A DNA stretch of 64,000 nt from Curvularia clavata. Its lineage: Eukaryota. The notes beneath the pieces were generated by a model, which was not told where the DNA came from, made no database searches, and saw nothing but the letters and a program-made list of their open reading frames with translations. Positions 60,025-64,000 of the stretch are shown here, piece after piece; the stretch's first letter is position 1; every line of letters begins with the position of its first letter. The stretch lies in the NCBI GenBank assembly GCA_023920165.1, contig CP089274.1, positions 3,596,001-3,660,000 of the forward strand, in the 5' to 3' direction. Position numbers and translations under genes: made by a program.

Positions 60025-61329
60025 ATGGGTCATCGTTTTAGGAACCTGTCGCTACGCCTTGGCCGCCAACTCTCTCGAGCGCCCTCCCATGCCATGTCCC
60101 CCCAAGCTCAACGTGCATACCTCTCCGGTGCCGCCCTTGAGCCAGGTACACCCGGCACCATCACCATCACCGTAGGCACCACAGAACCGCGCCCATCATG
60201 GACGATACCGAAAACCCTGCTTGCCGAGCGCTCCCACGTTTTCAAATCACTCTTCAATGAAGACACAAAAGTATCTGATAAGCACTTACCAGCTATCACA
60301 CCCAACGCCTTCGCCAACTTCGCAGACTACATTCGCTCGAGCATCTACTCGACCAACACACAAGTCACAGGTTACAATGACATACACGCCCACGTCGACG
60401 CGTGCATTCTTGGTGCCCAACTCGGTGCGGATGAGTACCGCAAAGCAGCACTACGCAGTTTACATGCCCTCTTTACACCGGGAGCACACGCTTCTAACTG
60501 GAACGCCTCGAGATCCATTGTTGGCGCCAAAGAAATGCAGTACGTGTGTGAGCACACCAGCGCCGCAACCCTCGTTTTTGCACCGTGCGTCACGGACATA
60601 GCGGCAATGATGAGGGGGCTACGTTACCTTTGCTACGACGCGCTCGCCTCGCACTGGACACAGCGGAATGTCATTTTCTTCAGTTCGTCGCGCTCTTCGA
60701 AGCTTGGATGGGGACTCTGGCGTGGCGTCAGTGGAGCGTCATCATCTTCGTCGAAGCAAATACCGCCGCTGCCGCCGCCGAGATCCACGTGGAGTGATTT
60801 GTTCGAGCGCTTTCCTGAGTTCAGGGAGAGGATAGTCAAGACAAGTGATGTCGCAGGGTTAGCGAGGGCCAGGCTATTGAAGGATGTGAAGGAGTATTAT
60901 CTTGTCTTCAGGGATGAGGACAGTGATACGAGTGGTCTTACGAGTGACAGCGGCAGTGACGATGACAGCGACAGTGAGGGCTGTAGGAAGCTGAGAAAGA
61001 TGTTCAAGTCCCGGGAGGGGAAAAGTGATGCCGCTCCGGAAAAGAGACAGAAGTTGACGCTTAAACTGAAGGGACTGGGGGGTACCCGTGAGGGTGGTGT
61101 GAGGATGGAGGAGCAGGAGAGCAGGCAGACTCCTGAGGCGGATACAAGGCCCCAGCATATTGAGAATATCGATACGCAGACGCAAGAGATGGGCACACAG
61201 ACAGATGAGATAGAGGAGGACATGACACCGCAGTACATTGAGGATATCGATGCGGATGGAGATGAAGGGGAATTGCCAGTTATCTATAGGGTTGATGCAC
61301 ATGAGGGGGATAGGGTAATGCCGGAGTGA
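60025..61329 (+). CDS. BTB/POZ-like domain protein with an acidic tail
   Basis: ITITVG...WTIPKTLLAERSHVFKSLF...LPAITPNAFANFADYIRS fits the fungal BTB pattern. Start at 60025 or 60094. Confidence 0.72.
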   Translation: MGHRFRNLSLRLGRQLSRAPSHAMSPQAQRAYLSGAALEPGTPGTITITVGTTEPRPSWTIPKTLLAERSHVFKSLFNEDTKVSDKHLPAITPNAFANFADYIRSSIYSTNTQVTGYNDIHAHVDACILGAQLGADEYRKAALRSLHALFTPGAHASNWNASRSIVGAKEMQYVCEHTSAATLVFAPCVTDIAAMMRGLRYLCYDALASHWTQRNVIFFSSSRSSKLGWGLWRGVSGASSSSSKQIPPLPPPRSTWSDLFERFPEFRERIVKTSDVAGLARARLLKDVKEYYLVFRDEDSDTSGLTSDSGSDDDSDSEGCRKLRKMFKSREGKSDAAPEKRQKLTLKLKGLGGTREGGVRMEEQESRQTPEADTRPQHIENIDTQTQEMGTQTDEIEEDMTPQYIEDIDADGDEGELPVIYRVDAHEGDRVMPE

Positions 61330-64000
61330 GGTATTGACTGGGAATTTGTAGATGGACTTGTAAGATAGCACTCGGATTGCTTCAGTAATGCTCGTAGCAA
61401 CAGTCATGCACGAAGTACGTTGTATACTTGGTAGTTTGTCATTCGTAGTGGATCTGTTGTCTTTCTTGACTTTGTAATTTTTAGTTCTCAATTAGCTGTG
61501 TTTACAAAACTATATTTCTCTCTTCAAAGTCAAAAAAAATGAGTTGGATACAACATCAAGCACTCACTCCTCCTTCCCTTCCCTATCTAGCACCCCCTCT
61601 CCTAACGCACACTCTTCTTCCACTCCACTACATGCGCACCGCCGACCCCACGCGAAACCTGCCCCGACCGCGTTCCAGACTCATAACCTACACTTGCTGG
61701 TTAAACTAACGAGCTCTCGCTTCTTGCTCTAGCCTCGCATCCTCCCATGCAAGCTAACAGCGAAAGATGTCGGCCACACGCAGCAAAACTGGCAAAAAAG
61801 CGCTGCCGATGCAGAAGGAATCTTGGTCCAGATCTTGCTTGCTTTCGGGATATCTGCGGTGGGCTTGAATGTCGCAGGTGTCGCGACCTAGACGAAGGAG
61901 GAGAAGAATTCTCCGAGCTGCATGGGGGGCTGGCTACGAAGTGAAGACTTGCACTTTCCTCCCAGTCTTTTTTCCTTTGGTTAGAGAGTGAGGGAGAAAT
62001 GGAGAGAGAGTGTGTGTGCTCATTTCATCGCCTTAATTCCTTTTGTTCGCCACAAAAATACAATATTCCTCCTCACAAGCGAAAAAAAAAGATAGACTCT
62101 TAAGACTACACGTAGATCAAAGCAGCTCACTGTATGTAGCAGTAGCATTTTCACAGAACGAGAGATGCTCGATCCAGACTTTTCTCCTCTGCGCATATGG
62201 GCCGATATCTTACTTTTTCCCAGACTAGATGTGGGCTAGTTGGTGTAGTGGTGGCGGAGAGGGGGGACTAGGGCTAGGGCTATGCAAAAAGCACAATTAG
62301 TACACCTAGCTTTGGTGTGGCTAGCTGTTCGCTTCTGCCGACTGGATAGGTATAGAAGGTACGTACGATAACGGCGGCGGTTTTGTGTCACATCCGGGTA
62401 TAAAACATCGTACGAGATATCGGGGCTAAGGTCGAGAGAGCGCGCGCGCACGCCCATGTGGAGATCCAGATCATTGAATGGCAACACTTGATTTGGGCTT
62501 GCAGCTCAGCTTCCGATTTGCAGCAGTGTACGGGCCGAAATATTCTTCTTTCGCTACAGATGCAAGAGGTGAGAGGTCTAGCGAAAAACATTCACGCTGG
62601 TTGTTGATTCCACGACCATATTTTTGTCTTTGCCGATCCGCAAGGAGACGTCTCTTTTATGTGGATCATTATGTTTCTCGTTTTCTCACCGGATGGCATG
62701 GCTCGCGCGTCCATGTACCTGCAGCCATCTTGCACTTGGGATATGTCGGTTGGTGATAAAATCTCTGGTAATGGATTCGGAAGGGAGAAAGCAGTGCGCT
62801 TAACGCGTCAAGTTTCATTGGGGAAGCTAACCAAGAATACGAGCGGGCGTGAACAAGACAACTGTAGCGTTCCACAAGCTGGCCATGAAGCGAACGGTGG
62901 TGGCCGACGCTTGCTCATGCCCAATGCCCCGTGCTTAGAGTTGGATCATGCAGCCTTGCGTAGAGTACCAGATTCATGGGCCCTCTTGTCGTTGTCATCG
63001 TCTGAACAAAGCAAAAAGGTGGCCACGGTCGCTTTGTGCTATTAGACCGGAGAGCGTTTCCTCTCGGAATGAGCAAAAAGGGAGCACAGTCTCAGCTGTC
63101 ACGCCATTGGAAGGCCGCACCGCACGTGATAAAACAGAGCAAGGGAGAGCCTTACTCAATGAGCAACGAAGTGCATGTACACACCTCGGAATGTTGACAG
63201 CCCTACGCTCATTCTCGATTGCACGCAAAGAAACCAGGTACAGGGTCATAGCCTACAGCTTGCTGCTCGCTGTCGAATCATCACATGTGTTGCTCAGTCC
63301 GATAATACATGGACTGGGGGCCACTTGGTGTCTCGAATAGACAAGAAAAACCGTAGGAGCCAATACATGTCGTCGTACGTATGATGAGAGCGTGTAGCAA
63401 ACCAAGGAACGCAGTGGCACACCCTACACTGACACAAAATCATGGCCTTATTCTGCAGTAAGCCACACAGAGATAAGACTCGTACTACCCGAGCTGTGTC
63501 GTCAATTTTACTTTTGCAGAAAGAGCAAATCTCCTAGCAGGGGGGCCGGAGCCGAACACATGCTGACAGTTGGCAGTATGCTGTGCTACGTGTGGGGGAA
63601 TATGTGCTGATACTGAATAACGATGTTAGTCTGTAGTGGAAGGTTACTGGGATGTGGCTGAGTAAATTGAGTGGCGAGGTGGGTGGTTGCCCGGCTGTGT
63701 AACCACCACGCACCACTGAAGGTGTTTTGCGCAGCAAACAAAACGTAAGCCTCCCGATACAAGTAAAGCACGGAGAAACCTGTGGCCGTGTATAGCCGCG
63801 TACGACTGCAGCAGAGCAAAGCAAAAGTATTGCGGTACAGTGCATGAAACAAGTCTTCCGTTTAATGGGTCGTCAATAGGATAGTGTATGTTGTAACGGT
63901 TGAGTGCGGCCATGTCAATGCCTACTCAAGGCATTCCTGTATTGTGTCGGGAGACGACACTGGACGGCCCTAAATCAAACTGTTTGCTAGCCACAGTATC

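Noticed and set aside
61500..64000. Short ORFs at the window end
   Set aside because: No coherent exon structure or motif, so probably intergenic or promoter DNA.

Overview
Eukaryotic, intron-containing fungal DNA. The short GT-AG introns with CTRAC branch points and the gene content suggest a filamentous ascomycete, probably Pleosporales/Dothideomycetes (inference). I can support about 20 protein-coding genes and one intron-containing tRNA-Leu(AAG). In order: a PL3 pectate lyase-like gene, an aldehyde-reductase-II-like SDR, a sarcosine/pipecolate-oxidase-like flavoprotein, OMS1, a GDS1-like gene, a DUF2235/Tle1-like hydrolase, an Asn/Asp-rich secreted or membrane protein, RAD26, a PTH11-like rhodopsin-domain gene, ERG25, PAF1, a PAQR/IZH gene, tRNA-Leu, an HSM3-like gene, RPC31, a Cdc15/Hof1-like F-BAR-SH3 gene, NOT1, several small orphan genes, a membrane protein and a BTB-like protein. 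No CRISPR array or intact transposon was seen. Four observations stand out. (i) An accessory-looking 28.2-33.6 kb interval carries two paralogous micro-protein genes that share a 5' intron, UTR sequence and a C-terminal helix (SQFGLFV[IL]AFITLVYY[VA]KS). (ii) The PL3 protein has lost two conserved catalytic-site residues. (iii) ERG25 appears to have a start codon split by an intron. (iv) A spliced gene at 55.2-55.7 kb is missing from the ORF track. All family assignments come from motif recognition by eye, not from database searches.
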